64,000 nucleotides of DNA from Epithemia pelagica. Lineage: Eukaryota; Protista; Bacillariophyta. Below are positions 31,436 to 42,759 of this stretch, piece after piece. The translations under genes were made by a program, and so were the position numbers. The notes beneath the pieces are model-generated. The model made no database searches, was not told the origin of the DNA, and was given only the letters and a program-made list of their open reading frames with translations. Location: positions 620,001 through 684,000 of the forward strand of contig OX337237.1 of the NCBI GenBank assembly GCA_946965045.2, given 5' to 3'. How positions within the stretch are numbered: position 1 is the first letter of the stretch; every line of letters starts with the position of its first letter.

Positions 31436-34400
31436 GATTGACTGTCAGCATTAGATGATACTTGTGACCCATCATAGTACTGAAAGATGACTGGAGTTGT
31501 GTTCCTCCCTCTTTTTGCCGCTGCGAGAGTTCGAAAGACCTATAATGATGCCGGCAGTCCAGAGACATTTTTCATCCGAGTTACGATGGAAACCATCATC
31601 GTTTCGTTTGCCCTCCTTGTACAATAGGAGTAAAGAATTAGTTGTAGGAGTACTTACTCCTACTATATAGGAGTAATAGGAGTAGGAACCTTTTGTGACT
31701 TTTGATTGACTCTCTCGACACATAGCTAGCTAGTAAATGCGCGACCGGATTGCCGAGTGACGTGTTGGAAGCAAACTTGGACTCCAACAAAAGCGTTCCA
31801 TCCCTCCCTTCAGTTGAATCGACTAGAAGCTTGACGACAAATTTTGGGTCTTTGGTGAATGTTTTTTGCGTTTGAATTACCCGCCTGAGACAGGCGACCC
31901 ACTGTAACCAAACATTTGTCGACACAGACCAGCCGACACAGGTTGATTGTGTCTCCAAAGTTTGAAGGATAACAAATGCTGCATTTTCCCAGCCATCGTC
32001 TAATATGAGGTTGTGTGCAAGGAGAATTAAGGCTCACATACCCCTTCAGCATGAAACAGGGTTTGTCCTTATTCTCGTCCTTGGCGATGCACGCAAATTG
32101 TGCAACCCTTTCAAACAACCGTGTCAGGTATGTAAGCGACTCCTCCCTTGCGCTTTCGGCTTTTGCCTTCTCCCCTCGCCGGTTGTAATTAAAGAACACC
32201 CTAAAAACATAATGTTTCGTTGCTGCAGTCATTTTTTTCTTAATCGGTAACTCTTTCTGCAACCCTTTCATTTTATGAGAACAATGGACACCACCCCTGA
32301 GTCACCAGATCTTTGTCTACGACAAGATACAGTAATCGATATGTGGCCAAATGCATCAACAAGAAAAGCTGCAAAGATCCACTGCATCATCCCAAAGATT
32401 ATCTGCCTCGTCTCCCAACAGAAATTGTAAATTCTCAAAAGAAACTATAACGCGCCCTTGGCTGCGCTCCTGGATTATTTTTTGGGCCCCAGCTCGCGCT
32501 GATTTACAGAAGAGGCCTTCTAGAGCAGCCTGGTTATCGACATTTACGCGAACACAAACAGATGCCGCAGGGTGCAGGTGCAAGGCCCCATGGAAAGTTT
32601 TGTGCTGATCAAATGTAACGGCAATTGAATCAGGAGGAAGGTCATCCAGTTTTCGTACCGTGAACATGCTGAAAAGAGCCACGACAACATGCTGAACTTC
32701 CGGAAATCGATTATTTTGAAGGACTGCGCGAGCCTTGTTGATGGTTTCTGGTATGTTTAGATGACCATGGACTCGTTTGCGTTGATCGGCTATCAAAACA
32801 TAATTGCCTGGATTCCCGTCCAGTTCCAGTGTGTAGAAGATATCGATTCCCTTGCCGTTGTCGCCATTCAATACAACCAACCCTTCTTTGATCCAGTTTA
32901 CTGGCCTCGGGTAGTCCTTAAAGAGAATCGAAGCAGGCAAGGAATCATTAAGTGGCTCATTCATCTGAACCACCCGCATTGGCTTGAGACGGACAGTAAA
33001 ATTGGACACGTTGGTCTCTGCACCATTGAAGAGCTTCTTCAGTGTTGAAACGTTTGTAGCCGATGTGATACAAAGCGCATTGATACGAAGCGCAACGAAA
33101 CAAGCGCCAAATAGTTCCCATTGCTGCCAAGGAGCATTCGAAGGATTAAAAACGTTGTTATCCACAAAATCCCCAAGATACTTCAAAGCGTCCATGAAAG
33201 CGTCTTCTGCTGGGGGCAACCTGTGATTGCTTTTGTCCACTTTGCTCAGATGATAGAAGAAGCAATATGGAAGTTGAAGCCTTCTGTCGTCGCCAAGGAT
33301 GCAAACAGAGCCATCACGGAGACGTCTAAAAGAGAGATGTTTGATCTTTGATTCTTCAATTCTCGCAAATGGCGTATCCTCCTCCGTGACTGTTGCCCCG
33401 TTGACTGAGTAGGCCACCAACCAAATAAGCTCGCGTAAGGTAAAACCTGTTTTCTCTTTCCTTTTTTTTGCTTTTGGCGTTACATCGCTTCTCGGAACGG
33501 TGCTGTACACATTATCGAAGAATTCTCCGAACTTTTCTTCAAAGGTGTTTTTGTACTCTTCTTTCGCCGAATGCGGTGATTCATCTCCATTCGTCTTCTG
33601 CCATGTGAGGCATTCGTCTGCATATTCTGTGCATGGGCGTGGAACACCACCCAGAAAGAATAGATGTCTGCAAAAAATATCTTGCAGGAGAAGTTCTTTC
33701 ATGCCGTCGCCTCTTCCATACACCGCCTTTCTCATTGCCTCTGTGTCGAGCAGTGGCATTCGGACCCGCTTAGTGCTTATAGCCGCTGCGTATGCATTTG
33801 ACGATGCTGAGGCTGCCAATGACATCTTTGACCAGTCCGTACCCGCAAACATGGGAAGCATCACCACACTGTTTTGTTTTGTCATTTCACTGAACATAGC
33901 ATCGAGAAAATTCGCCAACGCATCTTCCCCGTCGACATGATTTGGGGGAATGCGTTGATACTCATCGATCCCAACGAAGAGAGCACATTTGTCTTGATCA
34001 TTTAATCCAAGAACCCTCTGAATTACTTTAAAAACGTCACCAAGTGTGAGTTCATCGGCATTCCTTGGCAACGATGTCCAAAAGTGTTGCCAACCATTTA
34101 ACTTGCTGTTTCTTTCAAGAAAAATAGCATAGAGAAGCCGCCAAGCGAAGCCAGCATGGGCACCCATAGACCTCTCCTCAGATACCACCGAATGGCCATT
34201 TCCATAACTCAAGACAAGCGCCAACCTTTGTTTTGTAGGTGGAAAATTTACATCGCTCCAGATATTTGCATCGTCGTTGAATTTCTTCACCCACTCATCC
34301 AACAAACGGGTTTTGCCAATGCCGGACATTGCAGAACAAACAGGAAAGGGATAATCCCTTCGATCGCTTTTACCCTTTGTAGCGGATTCAAATAGTTTTT

Positions 34401-34718
34401 TTAGACAACTTTCGGTTGTTTTCATCGCTTGTTGGCGGCCTTCAAGGGTAAACTCCATACTTTCAGGAGACAGTAGATGAGCGCCAGAGGCCAACACCGC
34501 TTGGTCGTTCATACGTTCTTTCAACCATGCGAACAACGCATCCGCTGATGAAAGCTTCAAATGTTTTCCTGTTGGGATCTTTTTGAGACTAAGCTGAACA
34601 GAGTTTGAGGCAGTTGGATGGGCTGCAACCATAGGATTGGACACATTGGACGTCAATGGCGTGGAGGCGGGAAATTGTTGGGACATCATCTTCGGCGGCG
34701 AGGTGGAGGTTAAGGTCG
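31436..34718. repeat. 3.28-kb segmental duplication, copy 2
   Basis: Direct repeat of 26568-29850. Confidence 0.95.
31638..32232 (-). pseudogene. CRESS Rep-like ORF, copy 2
   Basis: Duplicate of 26770..27364, including the T6 run. Confidence 0.55.
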
Positions 34719-34794
34719 AGACAGAAACAGGAGGAGGAGGCAAAGACTTCTGCCGCTTCGAAGGCGATTCAGATTCATTCTGAACAAAGCTCAT
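32356..34794 (-). CDS. Crinkler/RHS-like NTPase plus REase protein, copy 2 (no signal peptide)
   Basis: Identical to copy 1 from TLTSTSPP onward; unique N-terminus MSFVQNESESPSKRQKSLPPPP. Confidence 0.8.
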   Translation of the reverse strand: MSFVQNESESPSKRQKSLPPPPVSVSTLTSTSPPKMMSQQFPASTPLTSNVSNPMVAAHPTASNSVQLSLKKIPTGKHLKLSSADALFAWLKERMNDQAVLASGAHLLSPESMEFTLEGRQQAMKTTESCLKKLFESATKGKSDRRDYPFPVCSAMSGIGKTRLLDEWVKKFNDDANIWSDVNFPPTKQRLALVLSYGNGHSVVSEERSMGAHAGFAWRLLYAIFLERNSKLNGWQHFWTSLPRNADELTLGDVFKVIQRVLGLNDQDKCALFVGIDEYQRIPPNHVDGEDALANFLDAMFSEMTKQNSVVMLPMFAGTDWSKMSLAASASSNAYAAAISTKRVRMPLLDTEAMRKAVYGRGDGMKELLLQDIFCRHLFFLGGVPRPCTEYADECLTWQKTNGDESPHSAKEEYKNTFEEKFGEFFDNVYSTVPRSDVTPKAKKRKEKTGFTLRELIWLVAYSVNGATVTEEDTPFARIEESKIKHLSFRRLRDGSVCILGDDRRLQLPYCFFYHLSKVDKSNHRLPPAEDAFMDALKYLGDFVDNNVFNPSNAPWQQWELFGACFVALRINALCITSATNVSTLKKLFNGAETNVSNFTVRLKPMRVVQMNEPLNDSLPASILFKDYPRPVNWIKEGLVVLNGDNGKGIDIFYTLELDGNPGNYVLIADQRKRVHGHLNIPETINKARAVLQNNRFPEVQHVVVALFSMFTVRKLDDLPPDSIAVTFDQHKTFHGALHLHPAASVCVRVNVDNQAALEGLFCKSARAGAQKIIQERSQGRVIVSFENLQFLLGDEADNLWDDAVDLCSFSC

Positions 34795-35413
34795 TTTCGC
34801 AAATCAGCAGCAATAGATTGTGTCTCAGTAACAGCAGAGTTTGTTTGTTTTTCCCTTTCTGAGCAGAGTTTGTTTTCTTTTGGGTGCCTCCACTGACTGT
34901 TTTGCGTGTGAGAAATGCAATAATTGTGCGCCCCTGGTAACGAGAAGCGTGGATTTGTACTGTACTGTACATAGTAGTCTATATTGCGTTTCGTTTGGCG
35001 AGCGCATGACAGTCAGGACCGATATTAGAGCAGGCCGAGCCTGTGTATTCAACCCCTCACATTTTTCCGAAAGAGTCCCTCGGAAACTCCAAACCGGTTG
35101 ATACTGTCACCCAACAAATAGCGCAATCTGCAGTTCGATAATCCGGAAAATCACGTTTAATCTGTCTACTTGTACTCAACAAGCAGGCTCGCGCTCTTGG
35201 TCTGTCACTCATCCGCAGAAGATCCCTCTTGGAGTCGCCCAATGACTCCAAAACGGGGTCCTACCGCTCTGTGTGTCAACCGTCGTCGTCGGGCAAACAT
35301 GGCATCCGGTTTCGACTTTGCTTCGAGACTCATAAAAATCAAACCGAAACAACCGAAACAACCAAAACAACCCTTTCTATCAACACAACCAAACATACAA
35401 GAAACCTCTCGTC

Positions 35414-35623
35414 ATGCCCATTGAAACCAAGGAAACAACGAATGCCACTACGACCAGCAAGACGTTCACCGAGCCGCTCGAAAAGGTGTCGACCCACTTT
35501 TTGGTCGTGGATCGCAACTTGCGTCCCGAAGGAGTTCATTTTGCCGCCGAAGGTGGCTACTACATTCCACCCACAAACTGGAACAAGAGTGCCGCCGTTC
35601 GACCGACCGCCACGGCCAAATAG
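35414..35623 (+). CDS. 69-aa microprotein, copy 1 (unknown family)
   Basis: Paralogue of 36582..36794 with many synonymous differences; conserved CTCATAAAAATC upstream. Confidence 0.75.
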   Translation: MPIETKETTNATTTSKTFTEPLEKVSTHFLVVDRNLRPEGVHFAAEGGYYIPPTNWNKSAAVRPTATAK

Positions 35624-36581
35624 AAAGAAAACAAGTACTACATGGCAGATACATATATTGACCAAGAAACATATGATTCAGACTCAAGACGCACTTGAAA
35701 CCACGAATGTCCTTCTCAAACAAAAAGATTGATCCGTTCCACAGGGATTCCTTGTATATTTATCTGCCTATCGTTCCCTGTACCATAAAACGCAACAGTC
35801 CATGTAACTTCTTGTATTAGAAATACCATTTTAAAACTGAGTATATGGTCGATCCACTCCACGACACTACTAGTGATTTCAGTGTCATCTTCACGGGGCG
35901 GTTCAGCAATGAGGAAGGACGTTTGTCCAGCTCTCTCCGTGGGGAATCATGATTTCAAGAGCTCGAACCTTTTGAGCGGGGGAAAACTCGCTCCAAGACC
36001 ACATCTAGCTACTCCGAGTAAAGATGCGCGATCGCATTTCCGTCTTGGAAGCAAACTTGGACTCCCCAAGAACAGCATTCCATCCACAGAGGAGTAAGTA
36101 ATGTATCTCGTCTCTATTAGAGATGGAACAGCCCAGATTATCTTCACGGATCCAATGGACGATCGTACCGGCAATCCACTGCTTTGGTCTCTTATGAGGA
36201 TGGGTGTGTTGGTTGTTGGTTCGTCGGGTGGAAAGCGATTCGTTGACGCGAAGAAGAGATGTTCGGTACGGACATGCCTTTTCGGATTCTCATTCCCAAT
36301 GAATGATTACCGCTGGAAATGTATCCATCTGTTCTATTCTTTCCTGCACAGCACACTGACAACTGAGCGCTCGGATCCTAACGTTCCAATCCCCCAAGAG
36401 GAATGAGAACCATCACACCGGGGGAGACGCGAACCTTCGTCCATGTGTGTCAACCATTTTCGTCGGGCAAACATGGCGCATCCGGTTCAACTCATAAAAA
36501 TCAAACAAACACCCCCCAAAACACTAGAACCCAGCACAACCAAACACAGACAAGAAACTGTTCGAATCCTCCACTGTCGTC

Positions 36582-36794
36582 ATGCCGGTCGAAACCAAGA
36601 ACGAAACGAAACCAAACACTACTACCAAGATGTCCACCGAGTCCGAGAACAAGGTATCCACGCACTTTTTGGTCATTAATCGAAACTTGCGTCCCGAAGG
36701 AATTCATTTCGCCGCCGAAGGAGGTGGCTACTACGTCCCACCCACCAACTGGAACCAGAATGCCGCCGTTCGACCGACGGCCACGGCCAAATAA
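36582..36794 (+). CDS. 70-aa microprotein, copy 2
   Basis: KVSTHFLV.(D/N)RNLRPEG.HFAAEGG…YY.PPTNWN…AAVRPTATAK is shared; one in-frame 3-nt indel; TAG versus TAA stop. Confidence 0.75.
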   Translation: MPVETKNETKPNTTTKMSTESENKVSTHFLVINRNLRPEGIHFAAEGGGYYVPPTNWNQNAAVRPTATAK

Positions 36795-37634
36795 AAAGAA
36801 AAAACTACCAGTCTACTTACTACATGCCAGCAGAGACACATGTACTGACCAAGAAACCCATGATTCATACTCCTCAAGCCAGACGCACATGGAACCAAGA
36901 CGCACGAATCTTCTTTTGAAACATCAAGATACACGAGCCACGGGGATACCCTCTGTATACCTATCGGCATATTGTATATCGGCATATCCTTCCTCCTGTT
37001 ATCACAAAAAAACACAGTCCCTGTAACTACTAGAGTACTACCATTCCAAACTATCTCCACTCCACGACACTACTACTACTAGGTAGTGATTCCTCCTTCT
37101 CGCGTATCGATCCGCGTGAGTGCCATCCCTCTGCCTCACGATGGTATACGGTTCCGCAATGGGGACAAAGCACTTTGGTCCAGTCTATACCGCGGTAGGT
37201 AGGCGGCTTTAGTGCCCGGAAACTATAAGCGCGCCCAGGGGCTTTCGGAAAGCGCTCCCACACAAAACTCGACAGACCAAAAAACCCGCGCGAGTGACAT
37301 CCTCTCCCCGCGGATCAAATCCTCCACATTGATACACAACAAAACACAACTCATTGGATTGTGTGGTCTTGCTTCTCGAAGTCTTTCCCCCTATATTCAT
37401 CCTCTTTCTTCTCCACAACACTGCAGAACGGACGAGAACCAAGGCGAGAGAGAAAGAGAGAAAGAAAGAGAGAGAGAGAGTTTCATTCTGCCTGGAGAGT
37501 TTTGTGGTGGAGGAATACCCGGTTCCGTTCGTGTCCCTGTGGAACCCACACTCTTTCTGTGGCGCTTCGTTTGTTGGAACGTCGAGTGTCTTGCTGTTGT
37601 GGAATCCGGATCGTTGGAACCAACCACCGAGAAG

Positions 37635-39248
37635 ATGGAATGCATTGATTTGTGTGAGAGTAGTAGTAGTGACGAGGGCGACCATCCTAGTTCGAACAAG
37701 AACAAGAACGATACCCACAAGCCCTTGTCGTCATCCACGGGTGTCCGGCACGCCGTTCGTCCGCATGCAGCAGCCGCACCCATTATTGATCTCTGTCAAG
37801 ATGATGATGACGACGACGAGAATGATACCACTACTACGAGTGACGAGGAAGGAGAGGACAAGAAGCAAGATGACGACGACTGTTGTATTGTAGGAGGAGG
37901 GAAACCTTCCTCCGAGAAACACTTGCAACGACAACGTCGTCGTCGTCGGAACCGACGAAAACAAGAGCGACTGAAACACAACCAGGCGGTGGAGAATGCC
38001 ATTGTCATTCACCCAGTGGACGACGAGGAAGGAACCTCGTGGACGACCAACCCATCCACCAAGGCAACGACTGTGCAAGACCCCGACACGTTGTATCGGC
38101 AAGCCTTGGGACCGATTCGCATGGCCTTTTGTCACGAATTTGTGTCGCCTCGTCACTACTTTCCCGTTTCGTCGGCAGCATCGGCTTCGTCCAATCGTCG
38201 TCGTTTGCGGTTGCAACGCGAATTGATTGAATATCAATTGAATTTGCCCATTAGCGCCACGAGTAGTATTTTTTGTCGCGTCTTGGAATCGCGGTCCGAT
38301 GCCATTCGCGTGCTCATGACCGGGCCGACCGACACACCCTATGCCCATGGCTGTTTTTGCTTTGATGTGCAACCCACGGCCGACTACCCGGCCGTCCCGC
38401 CCCGTGTCCAATTCTTGACGACGGGTCAGGGTCAAGTTCGCTTTCATCCCAACTTGTACAATTCGGGCAAGGTGTGTTTGAGTTTGTTGGGCACCTGGTC
38501 GGGACCGGGATGGCGACCGCACCAATCCACCCTCCTCCAAGTCTTGGTGAGCATTCAAGGCTTGATTTTGGGCGCCACGGAACCCTACTTTTGCGAACCG
38601 GGATGGGAAGGCCATCGAGGGACACTGCACGGACAGCAAGCCTCGCAGCGGTACAATTGCCAAATTCGCAAATATACGCTGCAACATGCCATACTACAGC
38701 CATTGCAATGCTTGCGATATCATCAACAACCACCAGCACCACCCGAACAAGCACAACAACAAGTCACTTTCACGCGCACGGCCACACCAGCCCCAACCAC
38801 CACAGCAACAACAGTGGCGGCGACCGCGACGGCGTCTCCCCCCAGTTCAACTACTACTACGACGACTCGAACCACACGACGAATGGCTCGGTCCCAACGA
38901 AAACCGCCACCGAAACGAGTGAAACGAGTGGCCCGCAGGTCCACGTTTATCCCTCCACCACCAACCACAACTACAGGTACTACTACTACGACGACGACTC
39001 CAACCAACAATCCGGACCTGTTTGCCGAATTTCGACAGGTCCTGTATTTGCATTTTTGTCAGGTTCGATCCTCGGTGCATCAACAAGTACAATCCTGGAT
39101 GGAACAAGATGCCAGTATCATTCCCTTGGCCCAACACGTCTTGCACGTGTTGGATCAAGTCGTGGACGGCCCGGTCCCCCGCATGACGACGACAACGACG
39201 ACGAATACCACGGCGGCGGCGGCGGTGGTGAGTGGTTCCCACCACTAG
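37635..39248 (+). CDS. BIRC6/UBE2Z-type ubiquitin-conjugating (E2) domain protein with an acidic, SIM-like N-terminus
   Basis: TGPTDTPYAHGCF.FD…YP..PP.V.F.TTG.G.VRFHPNLYNSGKVCLSLLGTW (catalytic Cys present). Likely start MECIDL at 37635. Confidence 0.9.
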   Translation: MECIDLCESSSSDEGDHPSSNKNKNDTHKPLSSSTGVRHAVRPHAAAAPIIDLCQDDDDDDENDTTTTSDEEGEDKKQDDDDCCIVGGGKPSSEKHLQRQRRRRRNRRKQERLKHNQAVENAIVIHPVDDEEGTSWTTNPSTKATTVQDPDTLYRQALGPIRMAFCHEFVSPRHYFPVSSAASASSNRRRLRLQRELIEYQLNLPISATSSIFCRVLESRSDAIRVLMTGPTDTPYAHGCFCFDVQPTADYPAVPPRVQFLTTGQGQVRFHPNLYNSGKVCLSLLGTWSGPGWRPHQSTLLQVLVSIQGLILGATEPYFCEPGWEGHRGTLHGQQASQRYNCQIRKYTLQHAILQPLQCLRYHQQPPAPPEQAQQQVTFTRTATPAPTTTATTVAATATASPPSSTTTTTTRTTRRMARSQRKPPPKRVKRVARRSTFIPPPPTTTTGTTTTTTTPTNNPDLFAEFRQVLYLHFCQVRSSVHQQVQSWMEQDASIIPLAQHVLHVLDQVVDGPVPRMTTTTTTNTTAAAAVVSGSHH

Positions 39249-39921
39249 TAGCAGCGCTTTCTCTTTCTCGGACACTGGCAGCCGCGATTCCTGTTCCTTG
39301 GTGGGTTGTTCTCGACCAAAAACCAGCCTCCTATATATTCCACGCTGTGGAGAGTATATAGCTGTTTGGGGGTCGTCGTTGAAGCCACACTCTTTGTTGA
39401 GATTGGGTGAGGATGACAGTTTAGGAATACGGACGATACTATTATAGAATCCTTTATTATAGAGAGCAGGCTGGTTGGATTCCCAGTCTGCCAACTCCTG
39501 TTACCAAAAAATGTGTGGCAACGCACACACACAATAGGAGGAGCGCCTCCAATCCATGTCACTCGTGTCTGGTGAACGAATTGTGGACGTGTTGTATAGA
39601 CCACAATGACAAACGAATGAATCACGCTCCTATTCTTCTACACGTACACACACACACACCGCCATGACACCACAGGAATCACACGAAACACAAACCAACA
39701 CACCACCAAAAGACGTTATGCCCCGTCCAGAGGGAAACACACACGAAACGACGATGATAGATAGATTGTGTATACGTGTTGCTTCCTGTTTAATGATTTT
39801 GGAATGTTGGTTGGATGTGTTGCTCCTTTTTTATCAAACGAGTTTGGTTCCTTCCACGTCATACTCTTGGTACACACGACCTTGTCCGACGGTAAACTCG
39901 TTTTATTCATGATGGTGCGTG

Positions 39922-40587
39922 TTACAACAATCCAAAGGTGAACGTTTCCTTGAGTGGCAATCCCGTGGCGGCTTCAATGGCGGGACTGCACAACAAAAAG
40001 AGCAATCCATAGAGCAAGACGGGTCCGAGCGGTCGAGTAAAGGCCACAATATAGGAAAATTGCATGGTCAAGTTATCGGCGGTATCGGCTCCTCCGGCCC
40101 CCGTCGGTTTGAGAAAGAGCAATCCGGGATTGCGTTGGACCATGGCCTTGGCATCCTCGGGTCCAAAGGTTTCGCCCAAAATGGCCAAGGAGGGTGCAAA
40201 ATTGTTGCGATTGGCGGCCATGACAATGGGCATGTTTTGGACCATATCCAAGGCCTGCGTCGAACCATAGACCTGGGCCATTTCTCGAAAGGTGGCTTGC
40301 AACTCGGCCGTGTCTCGATCGGCAAAGGATTTCCCCATGGCACTGGATTTGGCCACTGCGTACTGGGTGCCATCGAAATCGCGACTCGGCATACCGGCAC
40401 CGGCAAACCAGGATCGTTGGCGTTCCCCACTGCGTTTGGGATATTTGCGTTGATACAATTCCACCGCCTCGTCGACCACAGCTGGGTCAATCTTATTCTT
40501 ATTGCTGACGGCCTTGCCACCCATGGAGAAAAAGGCTTTGGCAACCGCCAAACAAGAAAGGAACGAGAGAAGGGAAACAAGCTTCAT
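39922..40587 (-). CDS. Predicted plastid-targeted membrane protein, unknown function
   Basis: Signal peptide ending AKA|FF (ASAFAP-like), helical repeats (…AMVQRNPGLL) and a C-terminal hydrophobic segment. Confidence 0.75.
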   Translation of the reverse strand: MKLVSLLSFLSCLAVAKAFFSMGGKAVSNKNKIDPAVVDEAVELYQRKYPKRSGERQRSWFAGAGMPSRDFDGTQYAVAKSSAMGKSFADRDTAELQATFREMAQVYGSTQALDMVQNMPIVMAANRNNFAPSLAILGETFGPEDAKAMVQRNPGLLFLKPTGAGGADTADNLTMQFSYIVAFTRPLGPVLLYGLLFLLCSPAIEAATGLPLKETFTFGLL

Positions 40588-41235
40588 GGTGTAGAATCAA
40601 TATAATATTTTCGATGATCACAAGAGGAAAGGAGCCGTGGCGTTGTTGGCGTGGATCTGTGTCGTCATTCGTTTCATGGAACGCTTTCCTTGGAGTTTGG
40701 AGTCGTCCAAGTTTGCTTCCAACACGTCACTCGCCAATGCGGTCGCGCATTTACTAGCTATGTGTCGAGAGAGGGCTCTACCTCTACCATCTACCACGCT
40801 CAAAAGGTTCCCATTCTATTCTTCACTTTGCCTCCATCCAGGTCCAGGACAACAAGACTTTTGAAACATGCTTTGCCACAACCCTTTTGATACTACCGAA
40901 TATGGGCCAAAACTGCAACAAGAATGACCCAATGGGGAAGCAACAAACCACGGGACCAAACAATCGAAGAGATGGGGACGGAAACAGAGTGGACCGAATG
41001 TAGGTCCTTCTCGCTCGACTGCAAATTTCTCGAGTAATACTAACTTTGTGCGTGTTTCAAACGAAACGATTATGGTTTCCATCGTCTCTCGGATGAAAAA
41101 TGTCTCGAGAGTGCTGGAATTATTGGGTCGTTCGAACTCTCGCAGCGGCAAAAAGAGGGAGGAATACAACTCCATTCAATAATTTCAGTACTATATAATG
41201 GGCCATTCTACACAAACATGACCTGATGCTGACAG

Positions 41236-42366
41236 TCAATCAAATTGTCTCAATGAAGGACCATCCAACAAACGCTTGTACACGGCAGAGTTCTTATCCA
41301 TCAAAGGAAGCCTTTTAAAGGTCTGCCAGGGTGTCAACTCATCTCCAAGAACAACCGTTTCATTGTAAACAATCCCATTGGAATCAGCAACTGCTATGAG
41401 ATGCTCGCCTAGTCCTTTTGTCATTCCAGGAAGCCTCCAGACTTTATCGCGCTTCGTGTCAAGAACCTCCACGGAACGCACTCTGGCGTCACCTTCATTT
41501 TCAACAGAAAATCGATCGTCACTACGACCTCCGACCACAACCAGGCAAGATCCAACGCGGACAACAGAATGTCTGAAACGAGGAACAGAAAGGACCATAT
41601 TATTGTGCATTTTCCATGACAAAGAAGGTGCAAAGGTTGATTCTTCAAAATCACGTTCATCGTTACCGGAATCAGTCAACAAGTCCAAATATTCGACAGA
41701 ATCAAGCTCCTCTGGTCCAATAATCTTCTTTCCACCAATGACGTAGACACGTGAACCAATGGCCGCCATTCCAAACTTTTCACGAGGAACATTCATAGAT
41801 GGTCCTTGGAAAATGAAAGGTTGACTTGCTTGAGCTGTGTCAAGAATATCCACATTTCCATTACAATTTGTTCTACCAACTACAATGTACCTTTTTTGGA
41901 CAACAGCAGCTGAGCATGAGCCACCAGTAGACAAACGGCACTGCAATGTTTTCCATTGTGTTTTCTTCTCAGTCTTGTGCAAATAAGCACTTGACAGTAA
42001 ATCTGAGACTTCAATCCGCTCAATAGAATCCCGACTCCATCCTCCAATGGCGTAGACACAGCCGTTACAAACAACCGCTGCAAGTGCTGCTCGCCCTTCA
42101 TTCATCTTGGGACCTCGCTTGTGTTCGCTTCCATCACTATTTAGAAGCAAAACTGCTTGAGTAAGATCCGGATCCAAACCCACGTATATGTGGCCCCCCA
42201 ATACGACCATAATTTCTTTCTTTTTATTGTAAGGGGCATTTACCACAACCAATGCGTTCCACCATCGCTGACGCATTCCGGCTTTATTGAAACTCCATCG
42301 TGATTCATCTTGATTGTTCCCTAAAACGAGTCCAGACAACCGTGCTTGCTCTTGTACATCCTCCAT
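41236..42366 (-). CDS. Kelch-repeat protein, copy B
   Basis: Paralogue of copy A; start MEDVQEQ at 42366; open. Confidence 0.88.
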   Translation of the reverse strand: MEDVQEQARLSGLVLGNNQDESRWSFNKAGMRQRWWNALVVVNAPYNKKKEIMVVLGGHIYVGLDPDLTQAVLLLNSDGSEHKRGPKMNEGRAALAAVVCNGCVYAIGGWSRDSIERIEVSDLLSSAYLHKTEKKTQWKTLQCRLSTGGSCSAAVVQKRYIVVGRTNCNGNVDILDTAQASQPFIFQGPSMNVPREKFGMAAIGSRVYVIGGKKIIGPEELDSVEYLDLLTDSGNDERDFEESTFAPSLSWKMHNNMVLSVPRFRHSVVRVGSCLVVVGGRSDDRFSVENEGDARVRSVEVLDTKRDKVWRLPGMTKGLGEHLIAVADSNGIVYNETVVLGDELTPWQTFKRLPLMDKNSAVYKRLLDGPSLRQFD

Positions 42367-42759
42367 CCTAAAACTGAGTCCTCCAACGACTATGGAGGAA
42401 ACAATGGTTGTTTCTTGCACACGCGTTGCTTTGGTTTTGGAGTGTATACCACGATCCGAAAGTCTGTCCACGATTCACAAAACCGTTGTTTCTCAGGTTT
42501 TGGTGTATAGAGTCTGTGAAACTTCAGAAACTAGGGCAGATCTCACGCAGCCCTATAGTTGTATCGCGCTTTGTTGCCACCGAAAACCCTAGACGGAGTA
42601 TGGGATAGTTTTGGTTTGCCTGTCAGACCCAAAGTATCTACTCCACCAAAACGACTCCGAATTTCCTCTCTTCCAGCACACTCTTTGTTTTGTCACAATG
42701 GTCGATTCAAAACCGCGTGTTTTTGAGTGCTATCTCTCTTGGTTCAGTGTTCACACAAG

